Source: the human T2T-CHM13v2.0 reference genome, Homo sapiens. From it: DNA of 64,000 bases. The number at the start of each line of letters is the position of its first letter. Position 1 is the first letter of the stretch. The DNA lies in assembly GCF_009914755.1 (NCBI RefSeq), contig NC_060929.1. One strand, 5' to 3'. The translations under genes and the position numbers were made by a program. The notes beneath the pieces were generated by a model that did no database searches, was not told the DNA's origin, and worked only from the letters and a program-made list of their open reading frames with translations. This document shows positions 1-12,300 of this stretch, piece by piece.

Positions 1-422
1 TCACAGATACAGAGAGTAGAAGAGTGATTACCAGAAGAAGGGGAGGGGAGGAAGGAGAGAGGGAGGGAAGTGATTTGTCAGTGGGTACATACAAAATTAC
101 AGTCAGAAATAAATTTTGACATTCTATTGCATAGTAGTATGACTACTGTTAACAATAGCGTATATTTTAAATAGCTAGAAGAGTGGTTTTTGAATGTTCT
201 CATAACAAATAAATGATAAATGTTTAAGCTGATGGATATTTAATGATTACACAATGTATACATGTATCAAACCCTGATTCGATCATTGCACAATGTATAC
301 ATGTATCAAACGATAATTTGACAATTACACAATGTGTACATGTATTAAAACATCATCTTGCACTTCATACATATGTACACTTATGTGTCTATAATAAATT
401 TTTAAAGTTGAAAAATAATAAA
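1..422 (+). mobile_element. L1 (L1MA-type) 3' UTR fragment
   Basis: Resembles the L1MA 3' end consensus (AGAGAGTAGAA..GTGATTACCAG, AATAGCTAGAAGAG..TTTGAATGTTCTC, ATGATAAATGTTT, A-rich end); truncated by the window edge. Confidence 0.85.
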
Positions 423-751
423 CAAGATATTGCCAAGCTTTCAAAAATTATGTATGGTATAATTCCACTTACATACACATAATTTTTAAAAGAATGAATG
501 GATATATACCAATTTTTAACAATTATAAAACATTAGTGTTTTGCTTATGGTTACTTTTGTCTTACTATTTTCAATTATTTGTTCTCCTGAGTTTTAAAAA
601 TAAACTTTAGCACTAAGATTTTATAAGCTATTATGTTTTCAGTGGAAATCTGCCTTTTTATCCTCTTTGAATAAAAACATGAATTTTTAAAAATATCAGT
701 AAAGACGAGCCTTCCAAGAATATCATGTGTCTAAGTGGAAAAAATTAACAA

Positions 752-870
752 CTTAGGAATCAAGCAAAGCGGGTTGAAATCCTGACTTGCCTAGTGTGGC
801 CTTGTGCCCTGCGAAATCTATTTAACTTCTCTGAGATTTAACTTACTCCTTTATAAAATTTGGAAAATTA
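752..870 (+). mobile_element. MIR SINE fragment
   Basis: GGGTTGAAATCCTGACT...TATTTAACTTCTCTGAG...ATAAAAT resembles the MIR core. Confidence 0.6.
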
Positions 871-1988
871 AATTGTAACTTTGGATTTGGTGAGTATATC
901 ACTGTCTGGTTATTATTACTATTTTCTTTATTATTAATATAGTGGAGACACTTTTGGGAATGATGTTTTGATATAACTCTGACTACTTTAAATATAAATC
1001 AATGTATTATACTTTTAAAAGTAGATATTTTATTTTACTCTTATGTAATTATGTTTTAAATGCCATTGATAATTTTAGTGAAGAATAAACTTTTAATAAT
1101 TTTATAAATTTTAACATCAGTAACAGAAGAAAATATATAATTCAGTATTTTCATTTTTGTTGCATGACTAGTTTTCTTGTTCATTGTCTCCAAGACATCT
1201 TTCTTCATGAGCCAAACTAATAATCCCTTAATTTATCCACTTACATTTGAATTCCTTACATTAATTACATTGGAAGCAAAATTAGCTTTTGAGAATGTCT
1301 TAAAACTCTACTATGGATAGTCCCAAGTTTCAAAAGGTCTGGACTTTTCACTGAGTTGGGAACAAATAAGTCTTCAGGTATGATGTGATGTATCTTAGAA
1401 ATATATTTAATAATGTTCTAAAAATAAATGTTCACATAGGCATTAAAATATCTATGAACCATAAAGTTGGAATATATTTCCTGATAGAATTTATAATATT
1501 AGATGCAGATATTTTTAAAATAAAATTTTAGACTCAAAATGAAACTCAATATTTATATTTTCCATATTATGGCAATTTGTGAAATAAATAGTAACTCACC
1601 ATTACCACCCAATTATTGAATACTTTTTTCACTTATGATATATAATATATAAAATGACTTAATATACATCTCAGCATCTCATTCAATAACTAAATAAATA
1701 ATAATAGAATTATTTTAATAGAAATAATACTAAGTTCCTTTGTCTCTGAAAACATCATGATACTCTAAATAAATGTTTACCATGCGTATCATTACCTTAA
1801 ATAACTCTACCATTTTTTCTTGTATCAAAAAAACATGTACATTAAATCACATGTTAATTCATTACCTGTTCTTATAAAAATGTGAGAGCAATACTGACGT
1901 CAATTTTAACATATTCGTAATACTCAATGAATAAATGTAGTACTTTACATGTGACAAAACATATAGGGAAGCAGTCTGTAACGGTAGC

Positions 1989-2527
1989 ATGGTAGTCTTA
2001 AAAATAGAACGACACATTTTTAACCTAGCCTCACTGAGATGGTCGAGATTCATCCTTCATCCCTTGAGTGTGAGTTACATTTAGTGACTCCATTTTAATA
2101 AGAGAATATGGCTGAACGGATGGCAAATCACTTCTGGGATCCTTACAAAAGACCGCAGCTTTCACCTTGGGTCTCTCTTCCTTTCTCCCTCCCTCCCTCT
2201 TGAAATGGCTTATTCCCAGGAAAGCCAGCTGCCCTTGTGGAAGTGGCCTTACAGAGGAGCTCAAGCTGAGGGGCTGTGGAGCTCAGTCTGCAAGCAGTGA
2301 GTTAACAGAAGCCTGTACACAAACCGTGTGAGTGTACTTGGAAGTGGATACTCTAGCCCCAGCTAAACCTCTAGATAAGGACAAGCAACTCCAGCCAACG
2401 GCAATCTTGTGTGAGATTTCTCATGAGCAAGAACCCAGCCAAGCTGTTCCCAGATTTCTGACCCTCTGAAAAGGTGTGAGATAACCATTATTGTTTCAAA
2501 CTGCCAAGTTTAGGGGAAACTAACACA
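1989..2527 (+). mobile_element. MaLR solo LTR (MLT1F/G-like)
   Basis: Typical MLT1 motifs: TTAGTGACTC, GAAAGCCAGCTGCCC, GGAAGTGGAT, CCCAGCCAAGCTGTTCCCAGATTTCTGACCC, GTGAGATAA, ends AACTAACACA. Confidence 0.8.
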
Positions 2528-3335
2528 GGTAGAAAGAATGCAGAATTTGGCAACATAATCTTGGCTGGATGCCCACTTGCCACTGCATGTGTCATTTTAT
2601 ATTTCAGAACTTTGGTTTCCCACTCTCTAAAGTGGGCCTTATCTATCTACATCTTGCAAGGTAATTCCATTGTTTAACTCTTATGAAGCACCCCGTATTG
2701 TATCAAGTAAATGGGCATAAGAAAAGTAATCCATAAGTGACATATAGAGTCTTATGACTTTTTACTATCATTTTCATTATAAAGTATTATTATTTTAAAA
2801 CTTTGTTAAAATATTCAAAATATAAAAATACATTATTTAATTTAAATAATTATTCTATATCTCTATACAACAGCTTTGCCCAACCACAGTTTATTTTGGA
2901 ATAATTTAAATATATCTTCCAAACTTGTACAAAACTTAGACAAGCCAAAACTATAAATCCAGTCATATAATGATAAACATCTCCACATCATAACAAAGTA
3001 TTCCACATTTTAAATTTAAAAATTAAATTAATTTTTAATTAAAGGGGAAGTGTTAATTAATTTTTAATTAGTTAATTAAATTAAAGGGGAAGTGTTAGAT
3101 CATATTTTTAGCTTTAGAATTTCTACTACCAGAAAATTAGAATTTTTTGTAGGTTATTAACCTTACCACTTGAAATAGTGTTCTTTCCTCCCTCCCTCCA
3201 GAATAATGCTTGGAAGAGAGTACTCTGTTACCTCTGAGCTTCTAAGTGCTTTTTGAAAAGGAACAAGCTGATACTTAGTATAAAGAGATCAATATGTAAC
3301 ATTATTTTAGTAGTAACCACTCAAAATAATGACTC

Positions 3336-3366
<31 letters not shown>
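3336..3366. repeat. (TG)n(TA)n compound microsatellite
   Basis: Directly visible. Confidence 0.95.
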
Positions 3367-3791
3367 TTGTTGAGCCTCAGCCCTCATGCCAGTCCCTTCA
3401 GTAACAAGCAAAGTGGCTTTTTTTTTTTTTTTTTTTTTTCCTCCAGGACTATAAATACAAATCCTCTGAGCAGCACTTTGCAGCATGTGGATAACACTCA
3501 ATCGAGCACCTGAAGGAGATTCCACTTGTCTCTGGGAAAAAAATAAAAAATGTGTCCATTATTTCATGGGACACAGAGGGTTCCTTCCAAATTGCATGCT
3601 GACAACTAGGGCTGTGCTCCAGAAAAATTACAATGTTTGTCAGCAGCGATTTCCTCATATGTTGCATAACACAATTGCAATACATGATACTTGGATTCTT
3701 TTTGTACTAGATAATTTAATGCTTCCATTTAATAAGAAGATCTATCCAATAAAGCCACATAAACTAACAGCGTATACGAAATCAGACATCA

Positions 3792-4074
3792 GGCCAGGCG
3801 CAGTGGCTCACGCTTGAAATCCCAGCACTTTGGGAGGCCGAGGCAGGCAGATCATCTGAGGTCAGGAATTCAAGGGCAGGTTGGCTAATATGGCAAAATC
3901 GAGTCTCTACTAAAAATACAAAAATTAGCCAGGCTTGGTGGCGGGCGCCTGTAATCCCAGCTACTCAGGAGGCTGAAGAAGGAGAATCACTTGAACTCCG
4001 GAGGCGGAGATTGCAGTGAGCCAAGATCGCACCATTGAACTCCAGCCTGGGCGACAGTTAGACTCTGTCAAAAA
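3792..4074 (+). mobile_element. AluS element, full length
   Basis: GGCCAGGCGCAGTGGCTCACGC start, central TACTAAAAATACAAAAATTAGCC linker, right arm, tail running into a purine tract. Confidence 0.97.
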
Positions 4075-4234
4075 GAAAAGAAAAGAAGGAAAGAAAAAAA
4101 GAAAAGAAAAGACGAAAAGAAAAGAAAAGAGAGAGAAGGGAGGGAGGGAGGGAGGGGAAGGGAAGGGGTGGAGAGGGGAGGGGGAGGGGAGGGAAGAGAA
4201 GGGAAGGGAAAGGAAGAGAAGGGAAGGGAAGGGA
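4070..4234 (+). repeat. Purine-rich (GAAA/GGGA/GGGAA) low-complexity tract derived from the Alu tail
   Basis: About 165 nt of almost only A/G. Confidence 0.9.
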
Positions 4235-7075
4235 CAGTTTGTGGGAAGTTGTGAAGACTGGGAATTGGAGAGACACTTGAGGGTATAAGATTTAAGTATC
4301 TATGCCTACCTTAGGGAAATGTTATTATCAGAGAAAAAGAAACTCACACATCTCTTTATACGTAAGTTCTTGGGTAAAGTGAAAGATCGTCATCACTCTG
4401 TGTCTAACTGCGGCTCTGTAAATTAGCTAGATACATAAACTTGGCTAAATGACTACTATATTTGGTGATAGCTTTTCTCATCTGAAAAACAAGTGTTGGA
4501 TTTATGATTTGAAGTACCTTGTTGTATTCAATTTTATGTTGATACAGAAGTATTATAATTTGATTTTGATCTAGCTTAGCACATGTATTACTTTCCCAAA
4601 TTTATAAAAACATATCTTCATATTGTGGGAACAGGAGGAGGAAGGTCCTTAATTTCTTCAAAAATATCATGACAGTTGCAGATTTGCTTTCTTGAAAAAT
4701 GCAGAGATTCAAAAAATGACCACAAAACAGAGTACAGTCTTAAATGCATGTCTGAGAGATAACCATGGGATTTATGAGGATCTTGTAACTGCAAATGGTT
4801 TCTTGCTGAGAGATGTTTCTCCATACTGATAAAGAACCTCAATTTATATTATTGAAGTAGGAGCTTCTGAAAGGTGGGGCTAGAGTAAGGCTGGGAGAAT
4901 TCTGCAAATAACTAGAGATGTGAAAAGAAAAATGAAGTTCAAGCATTCCGATTTCCAAGTTAGAAATTGGAAACTGTTTCCCAAAGAAGCAGCTGGATAA
5001 ATAATGGCCAAGTTCTGCAATAATACTGTTGCTACATTTTAATTACATTTTGATTTAGGTAGAATCTTGCAGGTTGGTTTTGTATCCTAACCACATTCAT
5101 CATGCAGGTTTTATGGAGAAATATGTTCCAAATTCTAACAGTGGCTTACAAATGAACTTGTAGAGCACAACCTGATTGCAATTTGGAAATGGCTTGCAAA
5201 TACTTTATTTTTATTAATATTTTATTTAAAATATTGGAAGATAAATTGTATGATCAATGATTTATAAAACATTTAGATCATATCCAATTCATTAAAATAT
5301 ATATAATTTATATGTATACGTATGATTAGTAGTTTAATAGCCACTTTTTAAAAACTTTCTTACCTTCATTCATCAAAAAGAATTGGTCAACACTAATTAC
5401 AGGTAAGCTAAAAAATATGATGATAATATTATTTTTTTACCTATATATACTTGTTTTTAACCTTTAAAATAATTGTTAGGCTATAGGAAGTGTCAGTTGG
5501 GGGTGACTTAGCATAGAGCACGTGAGTCTCAGGCTGTGAAACAACTTTATTAAAATCAATTTTAAAAATCAGAAAAAAAATCAGAAGGATTTGCAAATGA
5601 TCTAAAATGAAGGCTGACAGAGAATCAAAGGGAAGACTGACAAGTCATGACTGAGTTGATATAGAATTTACTGCAATAGATAATATTAAAAAAATTCTGA
5701 ATTGAGAACAACTCTAGATGCGAGTTAGCCATCCTCAGTAATACCATCTTTTCTTTCTAGATATCCTGAAGCTAGTTAACAAGTTATATTTTCTCCTCTA
5801 GTCATTAACATACTTTTCAACAATGTGTGTTTTCCGAAATCAAACTTCAATTGAATAATCTGCAGAGATAGTGAAAAACTAATCCATTCATTAGTGATTA
5901 GCTAATTATATGAAAAATGGAAACTGGATGCCCACAGTTCCCATATCTAGTGAAAGAGGTTAAAAAAAGAAACTTGACATGAATTCCATGATAGCAGGGA
6001 TTTCATAGGACTAGGAAATGCAATCCATAGACATTAATTATGTAGGTCTCATAATTTTAAAAAGGAGCCTTCGAATAAACACCTTCTACCCCAGATCCTT
6101 CCCATTAATATTACATCTAAATGTGTAATACAGGTTAAAGTTTAAAGATTCATGTAAAGATACCTAATGACGATTTTCAATTTATTAAATTGAATATGTC
6201 TATACTGGATCTATATCTATTTTTATGTCACCTATCTAATTAAAATGTATAAAATAACAATTATATTAAAGATATTTCTGATTAACCTAAATGTAACAAT
6301 ATTACTAGTGAAGATGTTCTACACCTTGATAACATACTATTGTAACCCTTTCTTCTTGGCTTCTTCTTATCGCATCAAAATGAAGGACCCACAGAATCCA
6401 AGTTACAGAGTCTTTTGTACAAGATGGTTTGAAGTGCTGTTCAAACTTGTGTAATTCTGACAAATGTATTCAGAAAAGTATCCCTGCTCATTCACCTATT
6501 CAAAATAGCAAGAGTGCTATGTAAACAGAAAATATGGTTAACATTGCAACATTCTAAGGTCAATTATTAAAGACTAATATAAATAGATCCATGATTGGGC
6601 CATGATAATAATAAATAAATAAAATCCACAACCAATCAAGACACAACTATCACCTGCCCAAGTTTGTGTCTGTCTCTTTCTCTCTAAGCTGTTGTATATA
6701 TCAGCTATCATAAGCTGCTAACCAAAATGAAGCGATGTATCATTTTATAGGTAAATAGAGTTTAATGAAAAGAAAGATAACTTTCAAATGATAAATAATA
6801 AAATAATAGTGTTTTGTCTACTCTAAGGTATCTAAAATGTAAAAAGAACATGATGATTGCTGAAAATTGTCAGTTAACTTAAAAGTTAAATTCCTGTTTT
6901 ATGGTTATCTTTGTGGCAACCATTATATGATTAGGCTTCTTAAAATGTCAGTAATGCAAGACATTGCCATATAAAAAAATTCATGGTTATGTGTGTTTCA
7001 GAAATGCTGTCTATCAAACCCGTGTCTGTAGATTGACAAACAATACACTTTGCACTTGGGTCAAAAATCATAGTA

Positions 7076-7416
7076 TAGGTTGAGTATCTCGTATTTACAA
7101 TGCTTGGGACAAAAGTGTTTTGGATTTGGGGTTTTGTTTTTAAATATTTGCAAATGCATAATGAGATATGTTGGGGATGGGGCCCAAGTATAAACAGCAA
7201 ATTCATTTATGTTTTCTATACACCTTATACACATAGCCTGGAGTTAATTTAATACAACATTGGTAATAATTTTGAGCATGAAACAAAATTTTGACTGCAA
7301 CTGATCACATGAGTCCAGGTGTGGAATTTTCTGCTTCTGGTGTTATGTCAGTATTCAAACAGTTGATTTTGAAACAGTTCATGTTTTGGATTTTTGAATT
7401 AAGGATGCTCAATCTG
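7076..7416. mobile_element. Tigger4b (Zombi/MER46-type) non-autonomous DNA transposon
   Basis: Terminal inverted repeats TAGGTTGAGTATC / GATGCTCAATCTG, TA at the left flank; internal AATGCTTGGGAC..AAGTGTTTTGGATTT and GGGGATGGGGCCCAAGT motifs. Confidence 0.85.
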
Positions 7417-8714
7417 AGGTATAAAAATTTAAATAGCCTCATAAGGCTAATGAAAATCATGATGATAAATATATTTTTACTGACTTTTTTTCACCTACAA
7501 TTTCCAACTGATCTGAAAAATTTAGGAAAGGCATATTCATGACATTAATTTCTATAAAATATTATCACATCATTATATGTTGTCTGTAGTTAATTTACTT
7601 AGTGAATTTTCTAAATTCAAAGATTACTTTCTTGATCTTTACAAACATAATTTTCAATCAACTACTCATTCAATATTTAGCAGCAATATTTCCAGCTTTT
7701 GACTTAAAATAAAATAACATCTTACATTTAGCAACCTGGTATATATACTTTAAAATCCTTAAATGGGGATATGGAAGAGTTAATCAGACATTTCTAACTA
7801 ATGTATAATTTCCCTTTATTATTTCTCAATGACGTTTCCTAGCAACATTAAAAGGCTAGTCTTCTATTTGCTTTGTGTTTGTATTCTTCTTGCTAAGGAA
7901 GTAAAAATCATATTCAGAAGGCTTATTTACTATAATTATAAAAATTATCAGAAATACTTAATCATTCATTTACCTTGTTTTGATGGGGAAAAAGCCAGTG
8001 GAACTAATATGATAACTCCTTCCATGGAAAGTGAAGTTCAGGTACTTTTATGTTTCAAAGCAAGAGAATTTTGGCGTGTTATAGTATTGACAATGACATG
8101 CTTCTTATTTATATACAGAAATGAAAACTTTAATCTCATTTAACTAAAAATGTTTTTATTATGTGAGCATCTCCCATAATCTTAAATTAAAGTTAGATAT
8201 GTACTATGATGAGTTAGATAGGAGGGAGGAAAAGGTATACTAAGAAAAATATAGACAACCTTGAATTTCAAATAATTATAAGAAACATTAATATTTTCCA
8301 CAATAAAATTCTATCCTTCTAAAAATAATTTGTATAGTTTTATAAACTTTTCTTCCTGGGAAGTGGGAGATATTGAACTGTTAGAAAAATGTTTTAGAAT
8401 TTATTCATCTTTTTCCAGGTTTTCACAACTATTCCTTATACAGTATATTATCCGTGCATACAAAATATGTTGAAAACAAGTTATCTGTCATATGGCCTAT
8501 TTTCATCTGAGCTGAGATTTCCATTGCTTCCAAGTAAGCAGTGGTATGAGGATGAACATTCATAATGATTAAATTAATTATATTTTATCAGGCCTGAATG
8601 CTAACATAGAATCTAATATTGAAATCTGCTTGGTAAACTGCAGGTTTCCCTAAATCCAAAACGGAATAAAAATATTAATGTCTGTTTATTAGGACATTTA
8701 CACTAAGATGTGGA

Positions 8715-8890
8715 TCAGTGCAGTGGATAAGAGCCAAACTTTTGGAGTCAGTTGGTCAGACTTGATTTCATATTTTGGGCCAGCCACAGGACCAGCCATA
8801 TAAGCTCTACATTGCTCACTGACTGGGAGCACATCTCCTATCCTCAGATACATTACCTTCATTAGCTAAAAAATGAGAATAGTAACAGTG
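8715..8890 (+). mobile_element. MIR SINE
   Basis: CAGTGGATAAGAGC..ACTTTTGGAGTCAG 5' part and AAAATGAGAATAGTAACAGT core end. Confidence 0.6.
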
Positions 8891-9036
8891 CAGACAGGAG
8901 AAATAGCCGTTTTCTACATTTTCTACATTTATGGAGGAAATGCAAACTGCTATGACACGTTTCCTGGTGAACTGAAATCCCAATTAGTCAGCAACTCCAC
9001 AATATATTTTTAAAAGTGTCCTTGGCACCTAAATGA

Positions 9037-9385
<349 letters not shown>

Positions 9386-10489
9386 AGCCACTTCTGCTAT
9401 GTAGGAAACTTTTGGTGAATGCTTTTATTATATTAATAATTATTACAGCATTAGAAGTCTGAAGCCAAAGTTGCCCAGTAGGTCAAATGGCAAAAAAAAA
9501 AATCTATACATATTGATGTCTGTCTGAAATCATTATTCTTATTTCGGACTATCATTTCCTTCAGGTTTGCAGGAAATTATACTAATGACAAAGAAGGTTA
9601 AATGTATTTGGTAACAGATTCAGTAAGCCAAATAAAATCAGTATGGTGTGATGATTACTGGTGCTTTCCTTTATTCTTTTTTGGTGAGTAATTACTACAC
9701 TTTTAAACTCAAAAACTACATATGCGTTGAATTGTATGTCATTTTCATCTTTTTTACCCATGAACATAGATTAACTTCAGTTTAGTCTGTGAGTTCATTC
9801 TTGCCGTAATAAACATCCTTTATGGGTCTCCCAAGTAGATTTTTCTCTTCTGTTAATGTTATCAGTTAACCTTCAGAAATGGATATTTTCTTTTCTTTTC
9901 AGGAAATAAATCAGCCCCAATGTGGCTCAATAACTGTGGCCAAAACGGGAAGTGATGAGGAAATGTGGAAAGAGCTATTTGCAAATTTGTGTTATTGACA
10001 TTTATTGAGAATATACAATATATTATGATATATATTCTAGTGAACTAGAGCCCAAATTAGTCAGCAACACCACAATCATTCTTCTAACGTGTCTCAGCTA
10101 CCTAAATAAAAGCCACTCTGTACAGGTTTATATCACCCCAGAGTGCAAACAAGCACATTTTCCTTAAGGACACAGCAGCAGGGATCTACGCTCCATTAAG
10201 CTCTGTATTATGAACCGATGTTGTGGAGATTTAGCTGCTTTTCCTATTTTCAGAATTTAGCTCTATTCAGTTGTACCCTTATATGTAAGTTCACTTATAA
10301 TGGATTCACAAATGCATATGGTCAGAGATATTTCTAGGCAATCAATCAATCTTTCTTTACTTCTATTAATAATTAATAAGATTTATAGGCACTATGGGAA
10401 AGAAACTATGAAACAAAATAAGTACTCTAAGAATTCATTGTAGCACAAACATCAAATCAAAATAAAAAGGTGTCTGAAGGCCATACATG

Positions 10490-12300
10490 ATAATCATCTA
10501 TTCAAAAAATAGTTATCTAAGTCTTACCACGTGTCCTGGACATTGGAGATGAAATGGGTACCCTATGAAAAAAGACCCTTCTCTTTTGGAGCCTATAGCC
10601 TAGGAGGTGGGGTAAAGACATGAATCCAATAACTGCATAAATAATAATTATTATAAATACTCTAAATTCTGGAAAAGATATATACGTAAGGACATAAAAA
10701 GTAGGACTTACTCTGGCCTGGGGAAGGCATTGACTCTGAAGTGACATCTGAGCTGATGTGTTAAAGCTAAGTAGGTACCTACTGAGTAAGCAGACTGGAG
10801 GTAGGGGAAAATTTTCAGGTAGAGAGAGATTAGATAATCTTTCAATGCCTGTAAGCAATAGGAAACTGAAAAAGGGCTACCATGGCTGCCACTGAAAGAG
10901 CAAGGAGTTAGGTGGAGAGGGTAAGTTGGGCATGGAGTATGGAGACCTAAGTGTGTGTCAGCCTGACTGTCTATTTTGGATTATACTCCTCTCCCTGAAC
11001 AGTGAGAAGCCATAGAAAGGTATTTGGTGGCTGAGCATGCTGATCTGATTCTCATTCTTATTACAAAGCTCTTCCTTCCCTCTGTTTAGCAAGGGAAGAG
11101 GAGGGGATTATGAGTCCAGATAAATAAGATAGAATAATGGTTTAGAAGAGAGTGTTGATGGTAGAGTTAGAGAGAAGGGGAAAGATTATACTATTAGGAG
11201 ATAATATCTGTTATGCACTGAAAGGTCATGTGCTATCCACACACCCTCACCCCCAGATTCATATGTGGAAGTTTTAACTGCCAATTGGATGATATTTGGA
11301 AATGGGATCTTTTGGAGTAATTAGGTTGAGATGAGGTTATGACGGTGATGTTCCCATGATGATAATAGTTCCCAAATAGAAAGAGGAAGAGACACCAAAC
11401 CTCCCTTTCCCTGCTATGTGAGGACACCGAGAGAAGACAGCTGTCAACAAGCCAGGGAGACAGCCCTCACCAGGAACCAAATCCACCAGCATTTTCTTCT
11501 TGCTGTGAGATTCTCTAGAACTGTGAGAATTAATGTTGGTGATTTAATCCACCTACTCTGAGGTATTTTGTTATAGTAGTTCACACCTACTTAGACAATA
11601 TCCATAAAAGAGGTGAACTGAATAGAAGAATAGGGAGTGAGTTTCAAAGTGTTATTTTTAGATAACTTGCTTGAGCTTTTGCATAAGGCATAAAACAGGG
11701 AACCATGGAACAGCCTATATTTGGGTTGGTGGATGAGGATAATTACACTTTAGATGTGGTCAAAGGGAAGATAAGCTGCTTTTGAGATGTTAAGTAGTGG
11801 TATCATTGAAGCGGCAAGATTGACAGCTCTGGAAATCTAAGGAGTCATCTAGGTTACATGTTACTCTTTGGGAGTCATCGATTCCAGGTAATAATTAAAG
11901 ACATGTGTGAAAGTGCTCAGGAAGAGAGCATAGAGGAAGAAAAAATAAAGACATGAATTGTTTAGCTATTAACAATAATAATAAAAAAAAAACACTTAAC
12001 GGCTTCGTAAAAGCAAAGCCAATGGAAACAAATCAGTCTCAGAGGAAGGGGCTAAGGAAGAGAGGTGTGTTTCATTCACATCACATGAAGTTTCCTTAAA
12101 GAAGATAAATGAATACATCAGGTACTGAGGCTCTGGGAGTTTAAGGGAGATAAAAATTGAAGAGCATCCATGGATTTAGTGACACAGAGGACATGTTTCT
12201 CTGAAACAGAATCACTGTATTGGAGCAATGAGGCCAGATATCAAACTGGAGTGGGGAATCTTGTCAAATGTAGAGAATAAAATCAAACCATTTTCTGAAC
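10490..12300 (-). mobile_element. L2 LINE remnant, interrupted by an MLT1A LTR
   Basis: Antisense L2 motifs (GGAGCCTATAGCCTAG, GAAGTGACATCTGAGCTGA, GTGAGAAGCCATAGAAAGG, TTGGGAGTCATC, CCATGGATTTAGTGAC); boundaries approximate. Confidence 0.7.
11209..11597 (+). mobile_element. MaLR solo LTR (MLT1A-like) with 5-bp TSD
   Basis: TG...CA termini (TGTTATGCACTGAA...CTTAGACA), flanked by ATATC at 11204-11208 and 11598-11602. Confidence 0.92.

Noticed and set aside
246-349. CRISPR-like repeat/spacer appearance
   Set aside because: Eukaryotic L1-derived tandem triplication; 13-nt related spacers, no cas genes.
3020-3097. Repeated AATTAAAGGGGAAGTGTTA in an AATT-rich patch
   Set aside because: Small local slippage duplication in low-complexity DNA; no further significance evident.
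9866-9960. Strong + strand splice acceptor (TTTTCTTTTCTTTTCAG|G)
   Set aside because: No convincing nearby donor or coding frame; such tracts are common in AT-rich DNA.
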